From positions 1,888,001-1,952,000 of the forward strand of contig OY970280.1 of NCBI GenBank assembly GCA_963715865.1: 64,000 nucleotides of DNA, read 5' to 3'. The stretch's first letter is position 1, and each line of letters begins with the position of its first letter. Shown one piece after another: positions 1 to 9,999 of this stretch. A program made the position numbers and the translations under genes. The stretch comes from Candidatus Bathyarchaeota archaeon. Lineage in GTDB: Archaea; Thermoproteota; Bathyarchaeia; Bathyarchaeales; Bathycorpusculaceae. Under the pieces are notes generated by a model, which ran no database searches, had not been told where the DNA came from, and worked only from the letters and a program-made list of their open reading frames with translations.

Positions 1-1036
1 GCTTTATGAAAAGCAGAACGAGAACAAAGTAAAATGTTGCTTATGCGCCAGGCGTTGCCTCATAAGCGAAGACTCAACAGGCTTCTGTTTGGTGAGAAAA
101 AATCAAGGCGGCATACTTTACACGCTTAATTATGGAAAAGCCGTGTCGGCTGGCGTTGACCCCATAAGCAAAAAGCCACTGTCACACTTTAACCCAGGCT
201 CATTGGTAATGTCGATTGCGGCGGCTGGCTGCAACTTCCGCTGCCAATTCTGCGATAACTGGATGATAAGCCAAGATAGAGAAGTTGCTGGCAAACCTTT
301 TCCTCCTGAAGAGGTAGTTAAATCGGCTCAGGACAGCAGTTGCCAAGGAATAAGTTACACTTATACTGAACCGACAATTTTCATGGAGTACGCTTACGAC
401 ACGGCAAAGCTTGCTAGGCAAGCGGGATTGTTTAACACTTTTGTTACGAACGGGTACATGACTCCTGAGGCGGTAAAGACTATCGCGCCCTTCTTGGATG
501 CGGCAACTGTTGATTTTAAAGGCGGCGGCGACCCAGACTTCTACAAATCGGTTTCAGCGGTGCCGAATGTTGAACCAATTTATGAAGCACTAAAAGAGCT
601 CAAGTTAAACGGTGTTCACATAGAGATTACCAATCTTGTTGTTCCCAAAATTGGTGATTCAATGGAGAAAATAAAGGCAATGACTGTTTGGATTAAAAAT
701 TATTTAGGAAAAGATACGCCGTTTCACCTGCTGCGTTTTCATCCTGACTACAAAATGACTACGCTCCCTGCCACAAAAGTTGAGGATATGGAAAGAGCAT
801 ACATGACCGCGAAAAACGAAGGATTAAATTACGTTTACCTTGGAAACGTGCCTGGTCACCCGTCAGAGAACACTTACTGCCCAAACTGTAACGAAGCAGT
901 AATCAAAAGGTACAGCTTCGAAATTACTCAATGGAAACTAACCAGTGATATGCGGTGTCCTGTGTGTGGACAGCAGATTCCGATAAAAGGCAAATTGCAC
1001 CAGTCTAGCTTGCGTTTTCCGTACGCATTGTTTTAG
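1..1036 (+). CDS. amrS: AmmeMemoRadiSam system radical SAM enzyme (AmrS/PflA-like), 5' partial
   Basis: Frame is open from position 2 (LYEKQNENKVKCCLCARRC..., N-terminal Cys cluster) into ORF 89..1036; CNFRCQFC radical SAM motif, KKPLSHF motif, C-terminal CPNC/CPVC zinc ribbon. Confidence 0.85.
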   Translation, partial: LYEKQNENKVKCCLCARRCLISEDSTGFCLVRKNQGGILYTLNYGKAVSAGVDPISKKPLSHFNPGSLVMSIAAAGCNFRCQFCDNWMISQDREVAGKPFPPEEVVKSAQDSSCQGISYTYTEPTIFMEYAYDTAKLARQAGLFNTFVTNGYMTPEAVKTIAPFLDAATVDFKGGGDPDFYKSVSAVPNVEPIYEALKELKLNGVHIEITNLVVPKIGDSMEKIKAMTVWIKNYLGKDTPFHLLRFHPDYKMTTLPATKVEDMERAYMTAKNEGLNYVYLGNVPGHPSENTYCPNCNEAVIKRYSFEITQWKLTSDMRCPVCGQQIPIKGKLHQSSLRFPYALF

Positions 1037-1082
1037 GCAACGTAGCGAAATAAGCGAATAATCATGCGGAGAATTACAGGGA

Positions 1083-2138
1083 ATGCAGTTCCCTTATGAT
1101 GAATTAGCAAAGAAGAGTTTAGCTAGGTACTTTGCCATCGTTCATAACAAGAAAATGGCGAAATTCCTCATAGCTAAAAAAGTCGCGGCTGAATTTGGCA
1201 GCAACGATTCTTTAGAAGCGCTTTGGAAACAGCACACGCACTACACGGAAGAGTTCCAAAGCCTCGAACGCCAAATTGACATAGGAATAAACTATAATGC
1301 CGTTCCTAAGCCAGAGAAATCATATTTGGACTTAAAGATTAAAATTGCTGAAAAGATACTTGAGTGCTGCAATTTTTGCAGTCGCAGATGCAGCGTAAAC
1401 AGATTAGCCGATAGGTTAGGGTTTTGTGGTTGCGGCAAAATCATGAATGTTTCAAGCATTTTTGCGCACATGGGCGAGGAACCGGAACTTGTTCCTTCGG
1501 GAACCATATTCACTATGGGCTGTACCATGCGGTGTCGCCACTGCCAAAACTGGACTATATCGCAATGGAAAGAAGCCCCGATGGAGTCTACGCCTGAAGA
1601 ATTGGCAAGGGAAGTTGAAAATTTGCGTTTAGAAGGCTGCAGAAACGTGAATCTGGTCGGTGGAGAACCTACACCATGGCTTAAGCATTGGCTGGAAACC
1701 TTCAAGCACGTAGGCGTAAACGTGCCTGTTGTTTGGAACTCTAATTCTTATTATAGCCGAGAAACAGCACAGTTGCTAGCGGGTTTTGCCGATGTTTACC
1801 TATTGGATTTCAAGTATGGTCCAGGCGACTGCGCTGAAAGGATTTCAGATGCACCAAATTATTGGGAGGTGTGCACGCGTAATCATCTTGAAGCCAAGAA
1901 ATACGGTGAACTACTCGTACGAGTGCTAGTTTTGCCAAGCCATTTAGACTGCTGCACCAAGCCGATACTGCAATGGATAGCTGACAATTTAGGCGTTGAA
2001 ACAAGAGTTAACGTCATGTTTCAGTACAGGCCTGAATGGCGAGCTTATGAGTTCCCAGAGTTGCGCCGAAGACTCACTAAAGCGGAGATAGAAAAGGCAT
2101 TGCAGTTGGCTGAAGAAGCAGGATTAAAGAACCTATAA
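1083..2138 (+). CDS. PflX-like radical SAM protein (pyruvate formate-lyase activating enzyme family)
   Basis: CNFCSRRC N-terminal cluster, HMGEEPEL and GTIFTMGCTMRCRHCQN motifs, NLVGGEPTP, WNSNSY. Confidence 0.85.
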   Translation: MQFPYDELAKKSLARYFAIVHNKKMAKFLIAKKVAAEFGSNDSLEALWKQHTHYTEEFQSLERQIDIGINYNAVPKPEKSYLDLKIKIAEKILECCNFCSRRCSVNRLADRLGFCGCGKIMNVSSIFAHMGEEPELVPSGTIFTMGCTMRCRHCQNWTISQWKEAPMESTPEELAREVENLRLEGCRNVNLVGGEPTPWLKHWLETFKHVGVNVPVVWNSNSYYSRETAQLLAGFADVYLLDFKYGPGDCAERISDAPNYWEVCTRNHLEAKKYGELLVRVLVLPSHLDCCTKPILQWIADNLGVETRVNVMFQYRPEWRAYEFPELRRRLTKAEIEKALQLAEEAGLKNL

Positions 2139-2295
2139 CCTAGCCTAAACCATCATTCACAGGTTTGTTAATCAAGAAAAGGTTAAACCTATTTGTGAAA
2201 GCCTAAAATAGCTGTGAACATAAAAAACAAAATAGCTTAAGCGAGAATAAAAGTTAAATAAAGTTCAACTGAAATACATCTTGTCGGGGCTGGTT

Positions 2296-3801
2296 ATGAA
2301 GAAATCACTCTCGACTGCATTCATGACAGCCATAATTATCAGTGTATTAATTTTAGTTAGTACTGTGCATTTCAGCACGGCTCAAAGCGGTACAAACGTT
2401 ACTGGCATAATAAGCTCAGACACTACTTGGACGAAAGCAAACAGCCCATATAACCTTACAGGGGACGTTCTTGTAAACAATGGTGTTGCCTTAACAATCG
2501 AGCCAGGTGTTTTTGTAAACCTTAGCAGTTATAAAATGACAGTTAACGGTACATTACAAGCAATCGGTAGCAGCCAAAACCCGATCGATATTAATGGTGA
2601 TAATAGTGCGGAAATTACCTTTACTCAATTTGCTGCTGATTGGAACCAATCCACAGGTACTGGCTGCATAATTGAGAATGCAAATCTAATCCCCTACATG
2701 GTCATGTATAACTCGCCAGAAATTAATAATGATAACGTTTATGATCGAATTAGTACGGGTGCAAATGCCTCAATTTCTAACTGTTTTATTTACGGTGGAT
2801 TAGATATTATTGGGGGGCAGGAAACAGTTTCGAATAACACTGTAACTTCTCCATCAGGATCTATGGGTCAAGGAATTATCATAAGCATCTTAGCAGTAAA
2901 TGCTACTGTTTCTGGCAATACGATAACTGCTTGCTCAGAAGGAATAACAGTAAATACAGAGGCTAGTTTTGGTGTTGGTAACTTTACTTCGCTAATTGAA
3001 GGAAACTTGATTGCTGACAATACTTACGGTATTGAAATCGTTGCGTTTTCTGGCGCAACGCTTCTGACCCCGTTAATTCAAAGCAACACTATCACAAGCA
3101 ATACTTACGGAATATACTTCGCTTCGTTCCCCTCAGGGGAGCTTACTCCTGCAACAATTGTTGACAACAATATCTACGATAATAGCAATTACAATGTCTT
3201 ATCAAATGTTACAAATGACGTTAGTGCCACTAATAATTGGTGGGGAACAACCGACACTCAATCTATAAACCAAACAATCTATGACTTTAAAAATGATCCT
3301 AACTGGGGCAACGTTAGCTTTGTTCCCTTCTTAGATTCTCCGAATACTCAAGCCCCAACTTTTGTTAATGTTTCTGCTGGTGCTGGTGGTTTTATCGTTC
3401 CAAGCGGTTATGTTAGCGTTAACTATGGTGGCAATCAAACTTTCATTATAACACCGAATTATGGTTACTACATCGCTGATGTCTTTGTGAATGGGACGTC
3501 CGTTGGCGCTTTTAGCTCCTACACGATTCAAAATGTTGATGGTGCAACAAACATATCAGCAACGTTTGCACCTAACCCAACGCCTACTCCAACACCGATA
3601 CCAACCTCAACCCCAACCCCAACGCCATCGTCTACGCAAACTCCTACTTCGTCGCCCTCTCCATCAACCTCGCCCACACCTACCGTTCCAGAGTTTCCAT
3701 CAGTCATTATTGTTACAATATTACTTATAGCAGCATCAGCGGCAATAATATTCTGCAATAGAACGAACCCCCAAGAAAATGCCATGACTAATTACACTTA
3801 G
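2296..3801 (+). CDS. Secreted surface glycoprotein: beta-helix repeats, Pro/Thr/Ser linker, C-terminal PEF-CTERM sorting signal and TM helix
   Basis: Signal peptide MKKSLSTAFMTAIIISVLILVSTVHFSTAQ; Asn/Thr-rich 'I..N.I' repeats; NNWWG motif; PTPTP linker; VPEFP then a hydrophobic helix. ATG 2296 preferred over TTG 2281. Confidence 0.8.
   Translation: MKKSLSTAFMTAIIISVLILVSTVHFSTAQSGTNVTGIISSDTTWTKANSPYNLTGDVLVNNGVALTIEPGVFVNLSSYKMTVNGTLQAIGSSQNPIDINGDNSAEITFTQFAADWNQSTGTGCIIENANLIPYMVMYNSPEINNDNVYDRISTGANASISNCFIYGGLDIIGGQETVSNNTVTSPSGSMGQGIIISILAVNATVSGNTITACSEGITVNTEASFGVGNFTSLIEGNLIADNTYGIEIVAFSGATLLTPLIQSNTITSNTYGIYFASFPSGELTPATIVDNNIYDNSNYNVLSNVTNDVSATNNWWGTTDTQSINQTIYDFKNDPNWGNVSFVPFLDSPNTQAPTFVNVSAGAGGFIVPSGYVSVNYGGNQTFIITPNYGYYIADVFVNGTSVGAFSSYTIQNVDGATNISATFAPNPTPTPTPIPTSTPTPTPSSTQTPTSSPSPSTSPTPTVPEFPSVIIVTILLIAASAAIIFCNRTNPQENAMTNYT
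3582..3686 (+). repeat. Low-complexity Pro/Thr/Ser codon repeat (linker)
   Basis: Encodes PTPTPTPIPTSTPTPTPSSTQTPTSSPSPSTSPTPT; degenerate at the DNA level. Confidence 0.8.
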
Positions 3802-3910
3802 AGGCTAGCAAATAAGCTACAGTTAATCTAAAGCATTTTTTACAATAAAAGAAGAAAATTAAGTCTTATTAAGTTAAAGCGGAAATTGCATTTGTGAAAG
3901 TGCCTAATCA

Positions 3911-4750
3911 ATGACTAAGTATTATGCGTTGGCATTAACGACCAGTTACTGGAAACCTGGCGATAACTATACCGACAAGATAATCAGCGCTTTAGAGGGC
4001 AAAATTGAAAACGGAGATTTCGTTGTCGTTTCGGAAAAAGCAATTTCAACCCCACTAGGCAACATAATAGACGAAAGCATTGTTAAACCAAGTTTAAACG
4101 CGAGGGTTATTGCGCGTTTTTGGATGCGAATTGTCTGGGGATATTTCCTTGGCGTATTATGCCGTTTTGGGCAGCGACTGTTGCGTAGGTTAAGGGAGTA
4201 TCCGTTGGAATCTGGCAGTCGCCATAAACAAGTAGCCCTAAAACAGGCGGGTTTTTTGCAGGCGCTCATGTTTGGTTCTGAAGGGGGAATTGATGGTTCC
4301 AATCTGCCCTACTCGTACGTTAGCCTGCCGTTAAATAATGCAGCTGAAATAGCGCAGGAAATTAAAAGCCAAATTCGGCTGAAATTGCGGAAAGATGTTT
4401 GCGTTATAATTGCTGACACCGATAAAACCTACAAGTTCAGGAATTTCTTTTTCACTCCAAGACCAAAACCCCTCAAAGACATACATTCCTTCGGCGGATT
4501 TACCACGTACATCACAGGCAGAATGCTTAAACTCAAAAAAAGTTCAACCCCGCTAGCGGTTGCAGGCTGCAATCTTCAAGCTAGCGAAGCATTAAAAATC
4601 ACCAACATAGCCGACAAAGCCAGAGGCACAGGTTCAGGCGCTACAGTTTGGGATATGGCGGCGAGGTTTCAAGTGGAAGTTAACGGTGTAAGCTGGGATA
4701 TGCTGGCTAAAATCAGGCATAACCCATTAGTTATCGTTAGAAAAAAATAA
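3911..4750 (+). CDS. Coenzyme F420-0:L-glutamate ligase (CofE)-like gamma-glutamyl ligase
   Basis: GDFVVVSEKAIS, GGIDGSN and VIIADTD motifs of the CofE fold. Confidence 0.7.
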   Translation: MTKYYALALTTSYWKPGDNYTDKIISALEGKIENGDFVVVSEKAISTPLGNIIDESIVKPSLNARVIARFWMRIVWGYFLGVLCRFGQRLLRRLREYPLESGSRHKQVALKQAGFLQALMFGSEGGIDGSNLPYSYVSLPLNNAAEIAQEIKSQIRLKLRKDVCVIIADTDKTYKFRNFFFTPRPKPLKDIHSFGGFTTYITGRMLKLKKSSTPLAVAGCNLQASEALKITNIADKARGTGSGATVWDMAARFQVEVNGVSWDMLAKIRHNPLVIVRKK

Positions 4751-4898
4751 ACCGTGAAGAATTATTTAAACAAAAAATCAAGCAAGTTCGATAGTTGCGA
4801 CTATTGCTGCACGGCGACTTGCGACTAAGAAATCTAGGTTAAGCTGCTCTCTGATGCTATGTTAAGTTTGTATACTGACTAAGGCATATTAAAAAAAA

Positions 4899-5783
4899 TT
4901 AAATTTTTACGCCCTGCGTTGGATCTTCGATTACCTTTTGGAATTCAGCCATTAACTTCTTTGTTACCGGTCCAAGTTTGCCTGTACCGATTTGGCGTTT
5001 GTTGACCTCACGTATCGGCACCATTTCCATAGCCGTTCCAGTGAAGAAAGCTTCGTCAGCGGTGAACAACATAAACGGCGTAAGATTGGTAACTGTTAGT
5101 TTTACACCAAGTTTAGCGGCAAGTTGTACTACGACTTCAGCGGTGATACCAGCAAGTGCACCTGTCGAAAGGGGCGGGGTCAATAATTCGCCGTTTTTAA
5201 CTATGAAAACGTTTTCGCCGACGCCTTCAGCTACGTAACCGTTGCTTTCTAGGCATATGGCTTCGTCAACGCCGTTTGCGTTTGCTTCGATTTTTGCAAG
5301 GACACTGTTCAGGTAGTTGAGTGATTTTATTTCATGTGATGTTGCGTCCACTGGGTTTCGTCTCACCCACGAGAGCATTGTGGTGATTCCGTTCTCTTTC
5401 GCTCCGCTCGCATGCAGTGAAATTGTGTCAGTTATGATTATGACTGAGGGCTTGGGGCATTTCCGCGGGTCTAATCCAAGGTCGCCTACGCCTCTGGTAA
5501 CTACCAAGCGAATGTATGAGTCTTTCAACTTGTTTTTCCGCAGGGTTTCAACGACGGCTTGAGTCATTTCCTCTTTGGTTAAGGGAATTTTCAGCGTTAT
5601 TACGTGCGCTGAACGGTACAGGCGGTCAATGTGCTCTTTGAGTTTGAAGACAATGTCGTTGTACTCGCGTATTCCCTCGAAAACGCCGTCACCGTACAAT
5701 AGCCCATGGTCGAAGACGGATATTTTAGCCTGCGATTTAGGATAATATGCGCCGTCAATGTAAACTACCAGTTCATTGTTCAT
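4899..5783 (-). CDS. ilvE: Branched-chain amino acid aminotransferase
   Basis: DHGLLYGDGVFEGIR, EIKSLNYL, EGVGENVF, LAGIT, FTGTA class IV PLP motifs. Confidence 0.95.
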   Translation of the reverse strand: MNNELVVYIDGAYYPKSQAKISVFDHGLLYGDGVFEGIREYNDIVFKLKEHIDRLYRSAHVITLKIPLTKEEMTQAVVETLRKNKLKDSYIRLVVTRGVGDLGLDPRKCPKPSVIIITDTISLHASGAKENGITTMLSWVRRNPVDATSHEIKSLNYLNSVLAKIEANANGVDEAICLESNGYVAEGVGENVFIVKNGELLTPPLSTGALAGITAEVVVQLAAKLGVKLTVTNLTPFMLFTADEAFFTGTAMEMVPIREVNKRQIGTGKLGPVTKKLMAEFQKVIEDPTQGVKI

Positions 5784-5865
5784 GCGGTTTTCACTTCTTT
5801 ATTGATGTTTCATATTATTCGATTATTTGATATAGTTTATGTCAATGATACGTATGATTCGTTTA

Positions 5866-7755
5866 TCAACCGTGGAACTGAGGTCTCTTGGAAATGTAGA
5901 GCGGCAATGGCAAGGGCTTGAAGGGTTTGCCAGCGATTTTCTCAGTAACTTTGGCTATTAATTGGTCAGCTGTCATGTTTTGCTGTTGACTTTTAAGCTC
6001 GCGGTCTCGGACAGACAGGGTTCCTGATTCAATTTCTTTTTCGCCAACAACGATGATGTAGGGTACCCATTCCTGCTCGGCTTCCCGAATTTTTTTCGGC
6101 AGAGTTGATGCATTATCGTCAATGTCTACGCGGATGCAATGCGAAGCGATTTGCTTAGCAAGCTCTTCCGCCTTGTCCATAAACTTATCAGATATTGGAA
6201 TAAGCCGCACTTGAGTTGGCGAAAGCCAAAGCGGAAGCATCGGCGCTTTACCAGCCATCTGTTCACGATAAGCCTTCTCAAGTAGCGCGTAGATGTCTCG
6301 CTCAATGGCGCCGCTTGGGGAACAGTGCAGAATTAGCGGGTACTGTTTCTCGCCTTTTTCGTCAACGTAGGTTATTTCATAGCGTTTAGCGTTTTCAACA
6401 TCGATTTGGTCTGTGCTGAGGGCTGCGGCTTTGTCTTGGTTGTCAACGAAGTTGATGTCCCATTTGAGGATAAAATAGAAGAATCGCTCGTTCCACACTT
6501 CAGCCAGCATGGGTTTGCCGAAAATTTTCGCCAATTCAGCAATGAAATCTTTATGTTCGTCGTAAAAGCCCTTTGTGAAGCGCAGGGCAATTTCATAATC
6601 GTCTTTTGTGAACCCTATGTTGCTTAAGACTTCCATGCAGATGTTAAAGCGTGTCAAGAACTCTTTTCTCGCCTGCTCTAAATCTGTGCAGAAAGCATGG
6701 CAATCAGGCATAGTGAAGGCACGTAGGCGTTTTAAGCCGACGACTTCGCCGCTCTTTTCACGCCTGAAGCTATATCGTGTTAACTCGTACAGCTTGATGG
6801 GCATTTGTTTGTAGCTGAACTGGGCGTCATGAGCCATAAGGAACTGGCCGAAGCACGCTGCGAACCGCAGGAAAAGCTCCTTGTCTTCGGATTTCAAGAC
6901 GTATTGACGGGCTGGAAATCGGTTTAAGTAACTTTTCAAGCTTGGATGATTAAAGTCATACATGATTGGGGTTTCAACTTCCATGGCGCCGTACGCATTC
7001 ATCCGACTTGTAACGTACTGTTCAAGCAACGATTTTATCATGCGACCTTTCGGATACCAGCGGATGTTACCTGGATCGCTGCCTGCTTCATAGTCTGCGA
7101 TTTCCAGCCTCTTCATCAATGTGACATGGGGTGGCATCTGGGTAACTGCCCTAGCTTTCTTAATCTCATATTGAGAAAACTTTTGCAGGTTAACATGTCC
7201 TTTAAATTTGAATTCTTCAACTGGCACTAACGAGCCATCAGTTAGGATAATTTGCCAGAACGATTGTAGCTTATCTTCAGCTTTTAACGCTGCAGAAACA
7301 AGCTCTTCTTCTTCTTTTCCTTCGCCCACAGCCTTCGCTTCTTGTATCGGCGCGTAAGAGCGTGCCTGCTCAGCCAGCGGATGTCCTTTAATGGAGATGG
7401 TGAATTGTTTGTTCCAGCCGAAGGGTGCACGGTAGGTTTCGATTCCTTTCTCTTTTGCGCAGGCTTCCATGTCTTTAATAACTTTCAAGGCTTCGCTGGG
7501 TTTTGACAGATTGCTGCTCAAATGAGCGAACGGATAAATTAGAATGCGGTTAACTTTGAGTTTTCCAAGAAAAGCTCTAACGTCATCGATGGCTTTCTGC
7601 GCCATTGCAGTGTTGTCGCCTTCTTCGATGGCGGTGAATAATACTACGACTTCTTCTATGCGGTTTTCTTTTTGTTCCGCTTCCTCAGCAATAGCAATTT
7701 CTTTTTGGACTGGTTTGAATACTATAAAGTTAGAGTGTAACTGTAATATTCGCAT
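5866..7755 (-). CDS. thrS: Threonine--tRNA ligase (archaeal type with N-terminal editing domain)
   Basis: MRILQLHS editing-domain start, FGWNKQFTISIKGHPLAE, LRFAACFG, SFRREKSGE, HCSPSGAIER, anticodon-binding domain. Confidence 0.97.
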   Translation of the reverse strand: MRILQLHSNFIVFKPVQKEIAIAEEAEQKENRIEEVVVLFTAIEEGDNTAMAQKAIDDVRAFLGKLKVNRILIYPFAHLSSNLSKPSEALKVIKDMEACAKEKGIETYRAPFGWNKQFTISIKGHPLAEQARSYAPIQEAKAVGEGKEEEELVSAALKAEDKLQSFWQIILTDGSLVPVEEFKFKGHVNLQKFSQYEIKKARAVTQMPPHVTLMKRLEIADYEAGSDPGNIRWYPKGRMIKSLLEQYVTSRMNAYGAMEVETPIMYDFNHPSLKSYLNRFPARQYVLKSEDKELFLRFAACFGQFLMAHDAQFSYKQMPIKLYELTRYSFRREKSGEVVGLKRLRAFTMPDCHAFCTDLEQARKEFLTRFNICMEVLSNIGFTKDDYEIALRFTKGFYDEHKDFIAELAKIFGKPMLAEVWNERFFYFILKWDINFVDNQDKAAALSTDQIDVENAKRYEITYVDEKGEKQYPLILHCSPSGAIERDIYALLEKAYREQMAGKAPMLPLWLSPTQVRLIPISDKFMDKAEELAKQIASHCIRVDIDDNASTLPKKIREAEQEWVPYIIVVGEKEIESGTLSVRDRELKSQQQNMTADQLIAKVTEKIAGKPFKPLPLPLYISKRPQFHG

Positions 7756-7770
7756 GGCATTTCACTCATC

Positions 7771-7980
7771 TTAGTGACCGTAACGCCACTTATCAAGTGT
7801 TTTATCTTTTTTCGTTCTCTTTTTAAATTCTTTATAATGCTCTTTGCAAATGTAAGCGCGTTTTTCGCCACTGCCAACATTTAAGCCAGCAGCCCGGGCT
7901 TTTTCAGCTGATATTGAACGAGCAGCTTCCCTTCCGCAGCCTGATACGCTGCATTTTACTCCTTTGTCTATGCGTCCCAC
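7771..7980 (-). CDS. Small conserved Zn-binding protein (CSVSGC...CKEH)
   Basis: 69 aa basic ORF, co-oriented between pfkB and thrS with short spacers. Confidence 0.75.
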   Translation of the reverse strand: MGRIDKGVKCSVSGCGREAARSISAEKARAAGLNVGSGEKRAYICKEHYKEFKKRTKKDKTLDKWRYGH

Positions 7981-8022
7981 AGTCTACGCCCCATGCACAT
8001 TAGTTTACTACGTACATATACG

Positions 8023-8946
8023 CTATTGCTTAAGTTCCTTTTCATACAAAGAATTGGCTCTCCGATAAATTTCTTCTTTTTTTCCAAAATAAGTGGGGCC
8101 AATTCCTTCGACAACCAGCGAAGCTGCAGCTGAACCGACGCAAGCGCACCATATTGATTCTTTTTGGCGCAGGTACTCGGTTAAGAAGCCGCCTATGAAA
8201 ACGTCTCCTGCACCTGTTGGGTCAACTAGGACCTGTGAAGGGCACGCTGCAATGTTGTATTGTGCTCCCTCGACTGAGAGTACTGAGCCTTTAGCGCCCA
8301 TGGTAACGATGACGGTTTCAACTCCAAAATCGTGAATAGCTTTTATGGCTGGTTTAAGCTCAGTCTGGCCAGTTAACGCGTAAATTTCGTTTAATGAGGA
8401 CTTGTAAATGTTAATTAAATTAAATATTCGTTTATCAACCGAAGCGTTTTCTGTTACGTTTCCTGCTTCGTCGAAGCTTCGAAGTAAACCCTGAGGGTCA
8501 AGCGACAGTATATCAGCACAGTGCTTGAGTTTTTCAACTACTTCGTATGAGACTTCGTTGGCAATAGGCGCAATATGAATAGCCTTAGCCCGCAAATCAG
8601 CTGGCACGTCGGCTAAGTTTATTGGGGCTCCTTTACTTTTCAATTTCAGGGTTCTATCAGCTAAATCTATGCTGTAGCTCAGCTCAAAACATGTGGTCTG
8701 CTCATCTGCAAGTTTAATTACGCCTGAGAGGTCAATGCCTTCTTGCCCCAGCCACCACAGGTAAGCTTCTGGAAAATTCCCACCCACTTTGGAGATTACA
8801 GAAGCCGTTGCTTCCAAACGTTTAGCGGCAAATGCCGCATAGGTTACAGCGCCGCCTAAAACAACAAATGGGGCAGTTCTGCTGGGCAGTAGAATTGTGT
8901 CGATTGAGAAGTGACCAATAACTGCTACATCTACGTTTTGAAGCAC
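8023..8946 (-). CDS. PfkB/ribokinase family carbohydrate kinase
   Basis: GGAVTY, LDPQG, DPTGAGDVFIGG motifs; start moved to GTG 8946 because the longer ORF overlaps nac. Confidence 0.9.
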   Translation of the reverse strand: MLQNVDVAVIGHFSIDTILLPSRTAPFVVLGGAVTYAAFAAKRLEATASVISKVGGNFPEAYLWWLGQEGIDLSGVIKLADEQTTCFELSYSIDLADRTLKLKSKGAPINLADVPADLRAKAIHIAPIANEVSYEVVEKLKHCADILSLDPQGLLRSFDEAGNVTENASVDKRIFNLINIYKSSLNEIYALTGQTELKPAIKAIHDFGVETVIVTMGAKGSVLSVEGAQYNIAACPSQVLVDPTGAGDVFIGGFLTEYLRQKESIWCACVGSAAASLVVEGIGPTYFGKKEEIYRRANSLYEKELKQ

Positions 8947-9008
8947 TACCCAAGCCCCATCATGATTAATATTGACATTGACATCGATATATAAATAACC
9001 ATTAGGAA

Positions 9009-9374
9009 TTAGGATTGAAGCAACAGTATAGCTTTCGCCAAATCCCCTTGGCATTCCTCAAGGGCTTCTTTTGCTTTCTCTAAACTTTTGCCAGTTTGAT
9101 CCGCCACCAGCCTCACGTCTTCTTCAGAAAACACTGGCTGAGCACCTTTAGCGGCTTGGCGTTGAGATGGGGCTTGCTCTGAAACCTGACCGCCAATAAC
9201 TTGGTACATTTTTTGCCCTTGTACTTCTAAAATTGCCACTTCTGGCTCATCGATAACTATGTCTTTGCCGCTTGTTTTAATTATGACTTGTTGAACGTCT
9301 GGTACAGTATTCATGTTCATGCCCATACGTTGCATCAAACGTTTTTGCTCTCGAGGATTCATGCGTCTATGCAT
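9009..9374 (-). CDS. nac: Nascent polypeptide-associated complex protein (aeNAC)
   Basis: MNPREQKRLMQRMG NAC domain and EEDVRLVADQT...GDLAKAI UBA domain. Confidence 0.95.
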   Translation of the reverse strand: MHRRMNPREQKRLMQRMGMNMNTVPDVQQVIIKTSGKDIVIDEPEVAILEVQGQKMYQVIGGQVSEQAPSQRQAAKGAQPVFSEEDVRLVADQTGKSLEKAKEALEECQGDLAKAILLLQS

Positions 9375-9883
9375 TGATTTTCACTTCCACGAAGTATTCT
9401 GCAGTAGAACTTGATATACTTAACTTTTCCAAGGTGTTCTTTTTGATTTTAGTTTAAACGAATTAGTAAAAACTCTTCCCTAACCAGCTAAAGTTAAAAA
9501 TTATATTCATTTAGCACAACTAAGCGGTTAGCAAATTGGCGGAGTCATTCTCTGGGATGTATACCCAAGTGTTAGTTTGTGGAGAAAAGGCTATACACTG
9601 CAATTCAGTTCTTCCAAAGATGGTTTCGCTGATTTGTCTCCTTCGTAGGTGCTTGTGAGTTTTGGATGAAACATTTCATTTATTTGCAACTTAACAAGAT
9701 TGTGGCAGGCATGATTATTTCAATCGTTTCAGCGTCGGTTTTTTTCGTTTGTTTTTTTCTTTGCTGCAAAAGTTCTTCAAAATCTCGAGTTTGGTAATTT
9801 AGTAAAGTGCACATGATTGTCATTTTGAAGCTTCATCTTATTAGGATTTATGAATTATTAGTCCACAACAAAAGAGGGATTTT

Positions 9884-9927
9884 GGGGGTTGACATCTCCA
9901 CTTTGGTGAGGGTGCAAATCAACCCCC
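9884..9927. other. Intergenic GC-rich stem-loop
   Basis: GGGGGTTGA (9884-9892) pairs perfectly with TCAACCCCC (9919-9927); the 26-nt interior can pair further. Confidence 0.6.
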
Positions 9928-9999
9928 GGCTTTCCAATTTATTTTTCATTGGATTCCTGAAAAATTTAAACTGAAATCAAAACGAATACCTTGACAAAC

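Noticed and set aside
3582-3686. Repetitive DNA as a possible CRISPR or tandem array
   Set aside because: In-frame Pro/Thr/Ser linker codons with no fixed repeat-spacer periodicity; no cas genes in the window
8947-9054. N-terminal extensions in the ORF track (pfkB to 9054, Nox to 20467, vapC from 43018, regulator to 44381, pcm from 40959)
   Set aside because: They overlap neighbouring genes; downstream starts with better SD and homology exist
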